A stretch of DNA of 64,000 bases from Octopus vulgaris (GCA_951406725.2 OX597814.1:141174001-141238000); one strand, 5' to 3'; counted from the first letter of the stretch, positions 1 to 14,468 are shown. Numbers and translations are program-made. Notes: generated by a model not told the origin, from the letters alone.

Positions 1-774
1 TCGCTGACTGTTTAGTCAGAGTTAAACCATATCGGTTTGAAAAATTTTTGACCCAGTAATTCAGCAGCATGTAATCTGATAGATTAAGTGCCAGACATAA
101 AATAAGTACTGCGGCCGATTTATTCAAATAAATCCTTAAAGGTGGCGCTCTAGCATAGGTAAGTGAAACTAGTAACAGAATAAGAAACTTGCAGTAGAGC
201 TGCGTCATAGTGGTGTCAAACATAGAATGCAGACCGCCAAATAACTTGTTTTATTCTTCTCTTCCGTTTTATTTTGACATGCGCATTGCGTTTTATTTTT
301 ATTTTCCGTTTGGCGAATTCAGTGTGCACATGTGCATTGCGTGCTCAATCTTCTCTTTCCGGTTCCTACTCAAAACTGTTTACCGATCACAGCACTCCGC
401 GCTCTGATGGTTGTGAAATAACAAGATATATATTTTTAAGTACACCTACCGTGCGATGATAATGTCAAATAAATGCAGTATGTTTATGCATGTGTGTATA
501 TGTATATATATGTTTAACTGTATGTATACAGTAGTAATTTCTGTACCAGCATTTAATCGCATTCAGGGAAAAAAAAAAGAAAAAGAAAAATGTATAAAGT
601 GTTGCATGACAACCTTGATCCAGTGCCAATACTTGACCAATATGGAGTGCAGTATGTTGGAAGTACTGGATGCTTTCCGGTTCACTAGTTTCGAAGTGTT
701 TGGAAAATGCTGATAGGAGCTGCCTTGCTTCCCTCTCATGACTAAATCATTATTTTTTATTTAAAAGATAAAGT

Positions 775-776
<2 letters not shown>

Positions 777-859
<83 letters not shown>

Positions 860-1037
860 CATCCACTTACCTACCCACCCATCTACCTACCTACCTACCT
901 ACCTACCTACCTACCTACCTACCTACCTACCTACCTACCTATCTATCAACCAACGTACCAACCTACATACCTACCTACCTACCTACCTACCTACCTACCT
1001 ACCTACCTACCTACCTACCTACCTACCTATCTATCTT

Positions 1038-1081
<44 letters not shown>

Positions 1082-1150
1082 CCTACCTACCTACCTACCT
1101 ACCTACCTACCTACCTACCTACCTATCTATCTATCTATCTATCTATCTAT
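777..1150. repeat. Compound (TCTA)n/(CCTA)n tetranucleotide microsatellite
   Basis: Alternating TCTA and CCTA arrays read directly. Confidence 0.95.
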
Positions 1151-2549
1151 TATACTTATATATATTCATATGTATATGCATATATATACACACATATATA
1201 TATTTATATGCGCATATATATGTTCACATGTATATATATATAGATATATATATACATGTATATGCATGTGTATATATATATAAATATATATATATATATA
1301 CACATGTATGTGTGTGTGTGTATGCGTGTGTGTCTGTATTCCTAGTCATAAACATTCACTTATATATGTCCGTGTGTGTGTATGAGTATGTTAGTCTGTA
1401 CGCACACAATTTGTGCGTCCATCTCAATGTTTTTGCTTTTATTTGTTAAACTTCTTTTTCATATTTCTATGACTATTCTTCGACGACACATTGCGCATTT
1501 TTTTTCATTCTTGCCAGAGATATTTTTGTGAATACGCGTAAGGTTATCGTTGCTCTCTATAGTTCTGTGGTTAAAGTAATGTCTGAAAGAAACGCGATGC
1601 ATAAAGAGTAAAAAAAGAATAAGGTAATGAGAGAGGGAGAGATGGAGAGAGAGAAAAAGAGAGAGGAAAACAAGCCTTTCTATTGATTATTTTTAAAGGT
1701 TTGTTTGAAATGGCGGGAAATGTTGCTTTCATTACGCCATCAACTGTTGATTTGGAAGCTCACAATAAAAATCGATTTTTCTCATTTTAGATCAGACCCA
1801 TGGTGGGTTATTTTTTCGAGAAAAGTGGGGGTACATTACAGTAAACGCACTTAACTCTCAATAGTACACACTAATAAGTTATAAATGAACGTCATGGATT
1901 TATACTGTTCATCTCAAGAAGCAATGGGATCATGTTAAAATTATTGACGTTCGTTTCGGAATCTTACAGTGCTGTGTTTAATTTCTTCCTTAGAATCTTT
2001 CTTTCAGTTCGTTTCATTGATTTGTTACACATAAATAGTTTTAGAAACAGTCAAAAAGAGACATTTTTCGAGCTCGCTCAACTTGTTAGAAATAGCAACC
2101 AAAATACTCAGCATCCTTCTATTCCCAGATATTGTCCTTTCAGTCCATATTACAAAATGTATGCACAGTCTTACCAAGTCATGCCAGATCTTAGGTGCCT
2201 GAAGTGGTAAACATCTTGAGTGGGATAAAATTAAAGCATGTCCGAGATTGTCATCATTCTTGTCAACGATTACTCTCACCTTCCACTATACCTCTATGCA
2301 ATTTTATATAAATGTGGGAGTTGTCTCCCCTTACCTTTCTTGATCAGATATGCAATTAAACCTAGTGATTAATGCTAGTTCTCACTTAAATGTTTCTTTA
2401 TTATGCAGAACGACCTTCTAGGTAATTTCTATCACCTTCCATTATTTCTCTACAATATTCTATCGACTATAAATATTGATTTATCATGACAAGGCAAAAA
2501 TAACGTATTTAGAAAGAAGAAACTAAATATTAGAAAGTTTGAGTATAGA

Positions 2550-2700
2550 TGCCGGAGTGCCAGTGGTAAAACGTTTACTTCACAGTCACATGGTTCCGAG
2601 TTCAGTCCCACTGCATGACAACTTGGATAAGTATCTTCTGCCAACCAATACCTTGCGAGTGGATTTGGTAGACGGAAACTGAAAGACGCCCGCCATGTAC
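2550..2700 (+). mobile_element. tRNA-derived SINE family A, 5' half (degenerate)
   Basis: cacatggttccgagttcagtcccactg...gtggatttggtagacggaaactgaaaga matches the full copies at 19945 and 45277. Confidence 0.85.
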
Positions 2701-2760
2701 ACACACACACACATAGTAATCTCCTAATATAATAATGGGCGTAGTGTTTTTATATATATT

Positions 2761-2802
<42 letters not shown>

Positions 2803-2806
<4 letters not shown>

Positions 2807-4258
2807 GAATTAAAAAAAAAGAAGACGGGTGTGTAAACAACAAACAGATGTATTAGTTTAACGCTCGGAAAGTGAGATAGTCTTTTACGTTTCGAGCCTA
2901 TGCTCTTCGACAGAAAGGAACACAGAAATGAACAGGGAGAGAAAATAAAAAAAAGGTTTAGTGGCTAGCGATCTATCTTAGCGAATGCCGGATCGAGGGG
3001 TCACACAGGAGAGCTAGGAAGAAGGGGAGATAATAAAATCGTGGTGATCCCAAAACGAAGGTACGTGTGCGTGTGAATGTGAGAGCGTGTATGTGTGTGT
3101 GGATGGGAGTTGGTGACTTTGACGTGTGCGTGTGTGCATGTGTAGGTGTGTGGATGATGGTGTGGGTGCTGAGAAGTCGTCAGTGCTAGTGTGTGCGGGG
3201 TGGTGTGTGGTGTGGCAAGATGTGGTGTGGTGGTGTGTGGTGCGGTGTGGTGGTGTTGGGGTGTGGTGGAGGTGAGAGTGTGGGAAGCAAGGGTGGGGTG
3301 TTGGTAGAGATGGGGTATATGAGAGTATGGTTAAGAGATGGGATGGGGGTGGGATGGGATCTATAGGGATAGTGGGGTTGGAATGTGTGAGGGTGGGGTA
3401 ACGATGAAAGGAAAAGGCGGAAGGGAAAAGGTGGGTAGGAATGAAAAGAGGAAGTAGGTGTCAGAGCAAGAGAGGAGAGGTGAATGTGAGGAAGTAAGTG
3501 TGAGAAGAAGAGAGGAGAGAGAGGAGGAGGCTTAGATGAAGAGGGGAGGAGAGTTGAGCCCATGTGGGGCAAAGGACAGAAAGGAGAAGATTAATCCATG
3601 TTCACGGCGAAGACGGGAGTCCGGATGGTCCCTGTGCAAGGACAATCCGAACACAGACAGTTGTTGTAAAGAATGACCGGTAGAGAAGAAATGGCGCGAG
3701 ATCGGGGTGTCGTTGCCGAGTCTGATGTCTCAGAGATGCTCCGCGAACCGGTCAGCCAAGCGGCGTCCCGTTTGATCTCTGTATAGAGAAGGACAGAGAG
3801 AGCAGGAGATGAAGTAGATGACGTTGCAAGAAATGCAGGCGAAGGAGTCAGTGATATGATAGGATCGATGATGGGTGCCTGTGAAGAGGGTGGTGTTGGA
3901 AAGGTAAGCGCAAGTGCGGCAGCGTGAGCGGGAGCAGGGGAACGAGCAGGGTTGGGAGGTTGGGTTAGGGAAGAAGCTGTGGGCCAAGAGGTCTCGTAGG
4001 TTGTGGGCTCATTTGAAAGAGGAGCGTGGTCGATTATGGAAATGTGCGAAGTGAAGGAGTCGGACTGGAGTCGCTGGAAGGCTCGGAGAATGGTGCGTTG
4101 GAGAGGTAGGGTGGTGGGGTGGTAGGTGAGGGGAAACGAGTGACGACGGGGCGGGGGCGGGGTGAGAGAGCAGATGCACGGTCCACGGAAGTGCTCTATC
4201 AAGGGCGGTGTGGATAGTGGTGAGGGGATATCCACGTAGGATGAAGTGGCGAGCCATG
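2803..4258 (-). mobile_element. 5'-truncated Penelope-like element (Neptune-type), GIY-YIG region plus 3' UTR
   Basis: Frameshifted minus-strand peptides RGYP...FPLTYHP...CSRSRCRTC...NVIYFISCSLCPSLY..QTGRRLADRFAEHL...PHGLN ending near 3532; (TA)n on both sides; hammerhead-like motif in the tail. Confidence 0.9.
2882..2917 (-). ncRNA. Minimal type I hammerhead-like motif, CUGUCGA core variant
   Basis: Reverse complement: cttt CTGTCGA A GAGC atag GCTC GAAA CG TA aaag. Confidence 0.65.
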
Positions 4259-4273
4259 TGTGTGTATGCGTGA

Positions 4274-4341
<68 letters not shown>

Positions 4342-4662
4342 GTGTGTATGTATATTTGTCCAAAATCACAGAGGAGGAGTAGGACGGAGTAGGAGAAAGA
4401 GAAGTAGAGTAATAGCTTTGACTGAGAGAGTGAGAGAAAGTAATAGCAATGGAAAAAGGAAGGGTGATAAATGAATAAGGAAGGAAGGGGTGAAAAAAAT
4501 CAGTGTTTCAACTCTGTGTGAGTATATGTGTGTATGTGTGTGCGTGTACAAGGGAAGTATATGAATGTTTGTATCTGTGATTAGTATGTACCTCATTTCA
4601 TACCTTATTTTTATATAAAATACTACAACTAGCCGTCGTTTTTGACGGCTCAGAGTCAGCTA

Positions 4663-4693
<31 letters not shown>

Positions 4694-5078
4694 GCTATGT
4701 ATGGAAATCATAAATATTCTCATGCATCACTACACGCGTTTCCTCAAATCACATGTTTCTTACGATCATAGTCTGTATTCTTAGGATGATTACATTTCAG
4801 TTAGTAGTGTCCATGATTACCGAATGGATCATATTCATCAATTCATTGTATGAACACACGTGAAAATGTGTGCAGCGATGCATTGAAATATTTATGAATT
4901 CATCCATGGATTATTATTATTATTAATACTATATATTTATCCTACTTTATATCGGGATAGCTCGGTACAACCCCATAAACCTGCTATTGCAAGTTGGTAT
5001 CATTAGGCTGTAGCCGACATAATAGAATGGGAGTCTTTATATATCTACTAAAAACGTTTCCCCTAAACGGACTTAAAG

Positions 5079-5153
<75 letters not shown>

Positions 5154-5184
5154 TCACACATATATACACACGCACATACATATA

Positions 5185-5590
5185 GGCGCAAGCGTGATTG
5201 CATGATAAGAAGCTTGTTTCCAACCACATGGAGCCGAGTTCAGTCCCACTGCGTGTGTATATATATATATATATATATATAGGTTTGTATGTATGTGTAT
5301 ATATATACATAAATATATATATATATATATTTATGTATATGTGTGTGTGTGTGTGTATATATATTTATCTGTGTGTGTTTGTGTCTGTTATTTATCCCCT
5401 CCACCGCTTAACAACTGGTGCTGGTGTTTTTACGTCCCCGTAACTTAGCGGTTCGCCCAAATAATCCGGTAAAATAAATACCAGGCTTAAAAAAAAAGCA
5501 CCGGTGACATTTTTTCGACTAAACCTTTCAGTGCGTTGACCCAACATGGTCGCAGTCCAATGACTGAGACAAGTGAAAAATAAAAGACAA
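5185..5590 (+). mobile_element. SINE family A with internal deletion and expanded (TA)/(TG) spacer
   Basis: Head ggcgcaagcgtg...gttcagtcccactgcg; tail acgtccccgtaacttagcggttcg...cagtccaatgactgagacaag. Confidence 0.85.
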
Positions 5591-5714
5591 TAAAGTGGAG
5601 TGACAGAACTTTCACCAGGAATCGCATTTGGTTCATAGGTTGGAAAACAGAAAGCTAATCGCATTAAAGATTAAAGCTTGGCGCCTTATAAATTACGTCC
5701 TTATTAAATCTTAA

Positions 5715-6690
5715 CCCTTCGTGGGCCGGCGGGGTTGGATTTACACAAAAGGCCATTGGGATCCCTTTTATTTTTGCGCATTTTCCGCACTATCCATAAA
5801 GTAACATTTGTTTAATCTTGTATATATGTATGAAACAGAGCAAGAAATTTAGCACTTCATAGGTATATATTTGGGATTATGGAGGCGCAGTGGCCCAGTG
5901 GTTAGGACAGTGGACTCGCGGTCATAGGATCACGGTTTCGATTCCCAGACCGGGCGTTGTGAGTGTTTATTGAGCGAAAACACCTAAAGCTCCACGGGGC
6001 TCCGGCAGGGGATGGTGGTGATCCCTGCTGTACTCTTTCACCACAACTTTCTCTCACTCTTTCTTCCTGTTTCTGTTGTACCTGTATTTCAAAGGGTCGG
6101 CCTTGTCACTCTCTGTGTCACGCTGAATATCCCCGAGAACTACGTTAAGGGTACACGTGTCTGTGGAGTGCTCAGCCACTTACACGTTAATTTCACGAGC
6201 AGGCTGTTCCGTTGATTCGGATCAACCGGAACCCTCATCGTCGTAACCGACGGAGTGCTTCCACCACCATTTGGGATTATTAGTGTTTAATATGTTGACT
6301 GAAAAAAACCTTTATTGAAAGAAATCAACATTTTAAAAATAGTTTTATAAACTATACATATAGCACTAAATATAAAATAAAACAAAATTATTTAGTATAT
6401 CGATTTAGACCAGTACAAATATGAAGAAAATTAATTTATAGCTATCAGAATATCTGAAAAAGGAACAGAAAACAATAATTCCACCCAAGGCCAATGCGAT
6501 CCAGTTGAACCTCAATGACCATATTTTATGCTATAACATCCATATGACTGAACATATTTTAACTCAAAATTCGTTGTGCCTACATAAACTGTTGGCAATA
6601 AAAAGTAATGAGATATAAAATCATTTAAATAAAAATGTAAAAGTTGCATAACTTATAAAATTTGCGTAGACCCCGCTGGCCTACGAAGAG
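5715..6690. mobile_element. Non-autonomous piggyBac-type element
   Basis: TTAA on both sides (5711-5714, 6691-6694); TIRs cccttcgtgggccggcgggg / ccccgctggcctacgaagag. Confidence 0.8.
5881..6268 (+). mobile_element. SINE family C (tRNA head) nested in the piggyBac element
   Basis: A-box tggcccagtgg, B-box gtttcgattcc; 12-bp TSD atttgggattat at 5869-5880 and 6269-6280. Confidence 0.9.
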
Positions 6691-7108
6691 TTAAAGACTG
6701 AAGCAAAAGAAGATGTGTTACTTTCTCCCAATCTTCGTGCAATATGTAATATGCTAATAAGCTGTCTGTAAAATCTAATTCGCTCAGGACAAAAGTCATT
6801 CCGTTTATTAGGTTTTGTGAGCTGCATTTCTTTTGGTTTGGAGCCTAGGTTGCGTTTCCGGTAATTTAGGTGATAATACGATTACATTGAATGGTAACGG
6901 TGTGAGTTAAAAGTGTACATTTCCTGCAATATCAGCAAGGCGTCGAAATAATGCTTTAGATAAGATTTGTTTCGTGAATTATTTCAGAGAACTTGTATCG
7001 CTCGAAGGAAAGAAACCGAATTGAAGACATACATACATGTATGCATCAATATATACATATACCCCTACATTTATATATGCAAGTTACATATATACGCATC
7101 TGTCTGCC

Positions 7109-7141
<33 letters not shown>

Positions 7142-7221
7142 CCGTACATACACACACAAACACACACGCATACATGCATGTATCTGTATATATATATATA
7201 TATATATGTATATATAATATA

Positions 7222-8020
7222 TGTTAAGGTATGTAGAAAAATACAACATGGACAAGAACGTATAACTCTTAGAAGACGATACAATAAACACGGACAGGAC
7301 ATTCGAAACCCTCAGTCTTCAGTCAAGAACCGGATCATCGTAGTAATTTCGGCTGATTAATCTTGAGATTACTAGATCACGGCCAGCCCTCCAAGAAAAA
7401 CTAAGCAACGAGCATTAGAAAAACTAAGCTGGAAGCGTAGATTTCCTGGAAAAAGGATCGAATGCATACGAACACCAGGACAGCAAAAGGGACAAATATA
7501 AAAAAACAAAAAACAATAATGGAATACAGAAACATGAAATACAGAAGCATTAACGGTGAAAACAACAGTGTCTTACGGCTGATAACAAGCAAACAAATTT
7601 TTTCTCTCTGGCGCATTGGAAAAAGCCTTTATAGCGGCGGACGAAAACAGCGATGTTAACACGACGAGGGTCAGGAGCTGAAAGGCAGATTTCGGCCAAC
7701 AGTCACGTGACAGAGAAGAGGGAAAAGAAAAGAAAGAGAAGCAAAGGAAGAGAGAGAGAGAGAGAGAGAGAGAGGAGGGACAAACGCAACAAAGAGAGAG
7801 AGAGAGAGAGAAAGAAGGAATCAGAGAGGAGAAGGGATGGGTGTCGAAGAATGACCTGTGAGTGCAGAGCGAGACAAAGAAATAGGAGGGTAGTGGAAGA
7901 CTAGACCAAAGAATCAGAGGAAAGAGAAGAGAAAAAGAGGATGAGTAGAGAGAAAAGAGAGAGAGGGGGACAGATCAAGTAAAAATGAGAGAGAGAGAGA
8001 GACAAACAGAGAGTCGTACC
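7222..8020. repeat. Unclassified interspersed repeat between (TA)n tracts, with GA-rich segment
   Basis: Compositionally distinct block bounded by (TA)n; no recognisable ORF; may be a PLE tail. Confidence 0.35.
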
Positions 8021-8074
8021 AATTATTAAGAATATGTGCTCACATTAATGTTAATATATATATATACCAGAGTA

Positions 8075-8390
<316 letters not shown>

Positions 8391-8487
8391 ATGCATATAT
8401 ACATATACATACATGTGTGTATGTGTGTGTGTATATATGTGCGTGAGTATGTATGTGTGTGCATATGAATGTGTTTATGTACATACA

Positions 8488-8527
<40 letters not shown>

Positions 8528-9769
8528 GTACACACACATATATATATATGCACATACATATATACATATATATATACATATACATACTATTACGTATGAG
8601 TGTATATATGTGTGTCGATGTATTTTTATAAGTGCAATTCGTAAGCAAGAACCAAAAGGAAAAAAAGAAAATGTGACATATTGGAGCTAGATTGAACCAG
8701 GGATGTCCTGCTGACAGCCAAATTTTATCAAGAAGTCAGAAAAACATTTGAAATTATCAACATTCAACATTCAGGAAATTATGAAGAACAAATTTCCTTT
8801 ATCTGGAAGCCTTTGGAATTCGCGGTTGACAGTGGAGTATTGACTTTTACAAATGTGACATCACATCGTTTGCTTCAACCTTTACAACTTTAATAAGAAC
8901 ATAATTTATTAAAGGCCAGCTTTGCTCTTTGATTTCATCATATTTCAAAAACTTCCTTCTCCTTGTGTGAAAGTTTGGGAATTAATACTAATTTTATGAT
9001 CTTCATTCATAATTGTAATTAAAATGTTAATAACCAGTCGTTGCTTTTTATGTTGAGACTCTGGAACAAAAATTCCACTTGTCTCGGTCAGTCGTAGTCA
9101 TCATGCTCACTTCATCCAAATAAAAGACATTATAAAATTTAAAAAATAAAGCTGATCGCCGTTGTTGATATTTAGAAAATATGCTAAACCGGGAATTTGA
9201 CCCTTATATCTAGAAATCAAAGACCAGACTTCTTGTTCGATTCACAGATTAAGTTTAGAAGAATTAAGAGCTGAATAAAAATAATAATAATAATGATGAT
9301 GATGATGATGATGATAATAATGATAATAATAATGATGATAAATCATACTAATAATAACAATAAATCCTAATGGTCAATAATTTCGTGACAACGCACCATA
9401 ACAACGGTTTTGTACTCTTTCAAACTTCTGTTTTAATTTAAGATGTGTTTTATGACACGAGAATAGTAATTCGTGTTAGGTCACTTCCTTTATATTGGAT
9501 CTGATCTGGCATCGTCGTTGTGATATTTTGTTCAATAAAAACCTCACTTGAAAATGGAGCTTAAATGAAAAGAGTTGGCGTGACATTCAACTTAGATATT
9601 TCTAAGCATAATGACTATTTCACAAGATGGAAAATAGGAAATGTGAGGTCTATATCTGATTCTTAAACTTATCAGCATGTACAAATGCAGCTTAATTTTC
9701 GCAACATAATCGGTAATTATGTTCATTTATTTCATTCGTACTGACTTGACTCATGAGGATATATAAAAC

Positions 9770-11234
9770 GGGAAAAATATTTCTTGAAAAACAAAACAAG
9801 AATTCAACAAAATGTTTTATTGAAAAAAAAAATATCAACCAATATTAAACTCTAAAAAGAAAAAAAAAGTAGGTATTTCTTTAAAAAAAATTACTAATAT
9901 TTTTTAAAAGTATTTCTTTAAAAAATTTACTAAAACGCATTTTGTTGCACTTTTTTAACATTTGACACTTTTAGTTTACAATGTATCTACATACTATGCT
10001 ACACACTACTATACTCCTTAAAATTAAAGAAACTGAATTCGATCAAGAAATTGCTAGTAGATTGAGGTCATTGCCAATAGTCAATCGCTAATATCAAATC
10101 ACATTGAATATAATGAAAAAAGTTGGCGGAATAGATATACAGTATATAGGTTGAATTCGTCTAAGTTTAACCACTTAAATAGTCATTTCAGCTAAGTCAT
10201 CATTTAATATTACTTTTCTTTGAATAATTATTTTTATTATTTTAATTTATTTTTAATTAAGCTAATTCTACTGTTTACTTCAAAATTAGACAATTTTTTT
10301 TTTGTAATGATTGTGATTATAAATGTATATTTTGAAATAAGAAGCACAGGAGTGAAGTGAGTTCATATGAAGACTTGCACTATTCACCTTTGAGTGGGCT
10401 GCTTCCTTTTCAAACTGATTTGATCTACATATATATCATATAAAAAATAGCAGTATGTACACTTATTTTTTATGCAATTAAATCATGCAAGCTTATTTTA
10501 TTTTATTAATTTTTAGTTTACCTTATGTAATATATGTTATATAAATTGAGCTAAAATGGACAGCCCACTCATTTTGGGTAAATTTTAGTCATTTTAGACT
10601 GTTTAACTTTACCTTTCTGCACAATTAATTTATGTTGAATGTACATTATTACTGATACTTTATTACTACTTTCTAATTTTAATTATATTTTAAAATTAAT
10701 TATTATTTTAGTTATAATGATCTAATTTTTTTGATAAGAATAATATTGCGCTGCAACTTTCAAAATTGAAATAATAAATTGAAAGAGTTACAAAGATTTA
10801 AATGAATTAACTATAATATAAATGAAATAAAAAATAATAGATATTTTTATCACTGTTAATAATTTGCGATTAAAAATCTTTTTCTGCTTGATAATTTCTA
10901 TACATAATTGCAATTCTTAATCTTTGTTTGATCAAATATTTTTGTGGTTTTGTTGTAACAGTAGTCACTTACATCTTCTTTTCTGCCTTAAAATATTCAT
11001 TAGTTTTGTATGTATTTAAGATTTAAATTATAAATGATTTTAAATTTAAAAAAAAAAGTGCAGCAAAATGCGTTTTAGTAAATCTTTTAGGAAATACTTT
11101 TAAGAAATATTAGTAATTTTTTTAAAAGAAATACCTACTTGTTTCTTTCTTTTTAAAGTTTAATATTGGTTGATATTTTTTCAATAGAGCATTTTGTTGA
11201 ATTATTATTTTGTTTTTCAAGAAATTTTTTTCCC
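9770..11234. mobile_element. Non-autonomous DNA transposon with ~190-bp TIRs (MULE/foldback-like)
   Basis: 9770-~9957 (gggaaaaatatttcttgaaaaac...gcattttgttgcactttt) is the diverged reverse complement of ~11050-11234; AT-rich non-coding interior. Confidence 0.8.
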
Positions 11235-12094
11235 TTAAAATTTCTTCCTTTTTCAGATTATGTTTTTTAAGCGTTAAATTTTCATCAAGAAAAAGCAAGT
11301 ACCAGTACCATCGTTAGCCCGTTATCATACGGTTTACACCCACATACCGCGGTGAGGTAATGGATGGATTTAATGGGGAAAAGGTCGCCAAATATTTAGT
11401 TTATTAGATAAAGAATTGCAATTTCATATCTTTTAATTCATTTAATTTTTTTAAAATTTGATTAAATACGTTAAAAAAATAAAGCAACAATATTAATCAT
11501 TTTAGAAGGTAAATTGACATTATATGCAGTAAATTGAGTGTCACTAATAATATTCCATTTGTCATTATTTTTTTACCATGCAAGTATAATGACCACTATT
11601 GACTTGATTCAATGTATGCATTATGCCAGCTTTTAATTTTAAATTAGTGTCAAAAATATTTTGCTTTCTGATATTAAAATATGTGATTTCAATATTAATT
11701 TTTCTGACAATAACATTATTATCATTATCATTAGAATCGCTATTCTATAAAAAAGTTATAAATGAAATAATTTTAAATGCAAATTCTAAAAGAAACAATA
11801 TAATTTCGAAATAAATACATTTAGAACTATTAAAATGAAAAATTATCTGATATTTAATCCAATATAAATTATAAAAAAAAAAAAATTTTAATTTACGCTT
11901 AAAAGAAATTCCAAAAAAAATTATGGTAGTGTCAGGGTTTCTGTGTTAGTTTTATATTAATATTAATTATGATCTGCCGTGGGCTGGGACGCAGTAATAA
12001 CAATGAAAATCGAAAGACTTCTCGCGTAACACAAAAGAGCGTACTTCCCCCACATGTACATACATACATACGTACATAGATACATACATACATA

Positions 12095-13165
12095 TATAGA
12101 GGAAATCCACTCCATAGATATCAAAGCTCGCAAAATCCTGACAACTGGGAACTTCCACAGAAATGAAGGTGATAGAGGCCTGAGATCAGTGCAAACGGCC
12201 TTCGCAAACGGCCTTCGAATGCTGTATGGTATCACTCAGGCAGCACCTGCTAAACAACAGCAGCAAAAATAAATATATCAATGCAGTCCTGAAAAGTGAA
12301 GTGAGCAATATTGTACGAGTTGGCAGAGAATCCCACAAGAAACTCTCTCTTCCTGATGATCTCCAATACATCCCCCAAACAGCTGGGTTCTCTTACCTCA
12401 CTCTTTGAAGGCTATGCATTTGCAATCCAGAAAGTGTAGATTGCTACAAAGTACCTGGTGAACAAGAGAGACAGTGACGCTCTTGTAATCCCAAAGTGCA
12501 ACCGCATGTGTAGGCTATGTCATGTTTTTGTGGAAGACATTACGCATGTGATTAACAGCTGTCCTAAAACGTCGTCACGGTATTACCTTCCTATGTGGCA
12601 CGATGTTGTTGCTAAAACAACTTACAATAAACTTGGAAAATCCCTCTGTTATGGAATACATTCATAAACACCAACTCAAGGAATACTGGTGGAATATTTC
12701 CATCAAAACTTCTGTCAAATGTAAGCATAACGCCGGATATTGTTGTTTGGGACAGAGAGGCAAAAGTATGTACCATCGTAGAGGTTCGCTGCCCTGCAGA
12801 TATAAATATCTCTTTGAAAATCAAAGAAAAAGAGGATATCTATGGACAACTGCTTCGACACCTCCAGCTTCTAAATCCAGATTATGAATTCATATTCATA
12901 CCAAAAATAATTGGAACACTAGGTTTTGTTCGTAAATGCTTAAAGGAGAATCTGGATAAACTGGGATTTTCAGAAAGAGAAACTTACCGGCTGATTCGTA
13001 CATTACAAGTGCAATCTGTGAGTGGAACAGTAAAAATATGCAAGACTTTTTTCAAGTTCCAAATCTATTTGCGTTAACTATATCCCAAAGATGGAGCCTT
13101 GTATCTTTGTTGGAAACCGGCTCCCTCATCAGTGGAAGATTTATAATAATAAAAAAATGGAAGAG
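12095..13165 (+). mobile_element. 5'-truncated, degenerate RLE-type non-LTR retrotransposon (R4/Dong-like)
   Basis: CRLCH..EDITHVINSC zinc knuckle, HDVVAK, PDIVVWD, KEKEDIY, IIGTLG motifs across frameshifts; (TACA)n on both flanks. Confidence 0.85.
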
Positions 13166-13518
13166 ACATACATACATACATACATACATACATACATACA
13201 TACCTACATACATACATACATACATACATACATACATACATGTATAATTTATATGTGTATATATTAATTTATGCTTGGGTTCATATGTTTAAATCTATGT
13301 TTGTGAAGTAGTGTGCAATTATATATATTGTTTTGAGTGTATTATATTATCGAAATACACGCATTTGTACATTATAATTTATTATAATTTATTAGAATAA
13401 ATCCATAGCTGTACTATAATTTCATTGTTGTTTTATGTGAAACCGTTAGTTTTATTTTTTAGCGTATTATTGGCGTAAAACCACCCTAAGACGACGTTAG
13501 TTTTATCATAATCACTAC

Positions 13519-13607
13519 CTTCTTCTTCTTCTTCTTCTTCTTCTTCTTCTTCTTCTTCTTCTTCTTCTTCTTCTTCTTCTTCTTCTTCTTCTTCTTCTTC
13601 TTCTTCT
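13519..13607. repeat. (CTT)n/(GAA)n trinucleotide tract
   Basis: Pure CTT run read directly. Confidence 0.95.
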
Positions 13608-13654
13608 TTCCTGTTCTGGCTTCTCTCTGCATCAATGATCCGATGTACATATTC

Positions 13655-13699
<45 letters not shown>

Positions 13700-13975
13700 G
13701 TCTGAAATATATTTACTTCATTTATCATACGAGTTATTCAACAAAGCTGTTTGTTTCCATAACTGTGGACAAGCTTGAATTAATCATTGGTGGATATTTG
13801 ACGGTTGTATTTAAATATGTACACGCACGCACGCACGGCGCATAAACACATACGCACATATGCATGTATACATAACTACACATATATCTGTAATTGTATA
13901 TCTATGTTAGATATATATATCATATATACCATAAACACACACACACATGAAATATATATTATATATATATCATAC

Positions 13976-14089
<114 letters not shown>

Positions 14090-14106
14090 GAATATATAGA
14101 TTAACC

Positions 14107-14137
<31 letters not shown>

Positions 14138-14380
14138 AAGTTCATCTGACACATTTTGAAGCACATTTGCTTATTTCAGTATTCCAAACCCGTATATAGA
14201 TGTTATATTCGTGTGAGATAGAGGATTTACATAAAAGTTGAAAATATTGGAAAATATTTTTTACAGGGCAATAATGTCAAAACATGAGACAGGAGATTGG
14301 AAATTTTTTTTCTATTAGTTATTCACCTTTATAGTAGTGAATAAACAATACCTCCAAATTTTCCAATCTCCTGTTTTGAT

Positions 14381-14468
<88 letters not shown>

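Larger units (their letters stand above)
2720..4663 (+). mobile_element. Non-autonomous Helitron carrying a nested PLE
   Basis: 5' end A|TCTCCTAATATAATAATG; 3' end has hairpin agccgtc-gttttt-gacggct (4631-4650), a 9-nt spacer, then CTAG|T (4660-4663). Inserted between A and T with no TSD. Confidence 0.7.

Noticed and set aside
5881-5955. Functional tRNA genes at SINE heads (also 17341, 31978, 53112)
   Set aside because: No complete acceptor stem; they continue into SINE bodies, some with TSDs.
7296-7400. Hammerhead-like pieces (CTGAAGA; GGCTG..CAGCC-GAAA on minus strand)
   Set aside because: The parts do not assemble into a single valid core.
8700-8895. Short open frame DVLLTAKFYQEVRKTF...
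   Set aside because: No good splice acceptor and only a vague resemblance to known proteins.
11258-11356. Candidate exon (tttcttcctttttcag acceptor, gtgagg/gtaatg donors)
   Set aside because: Stops in all three frames and no supporting neighbouring exons.
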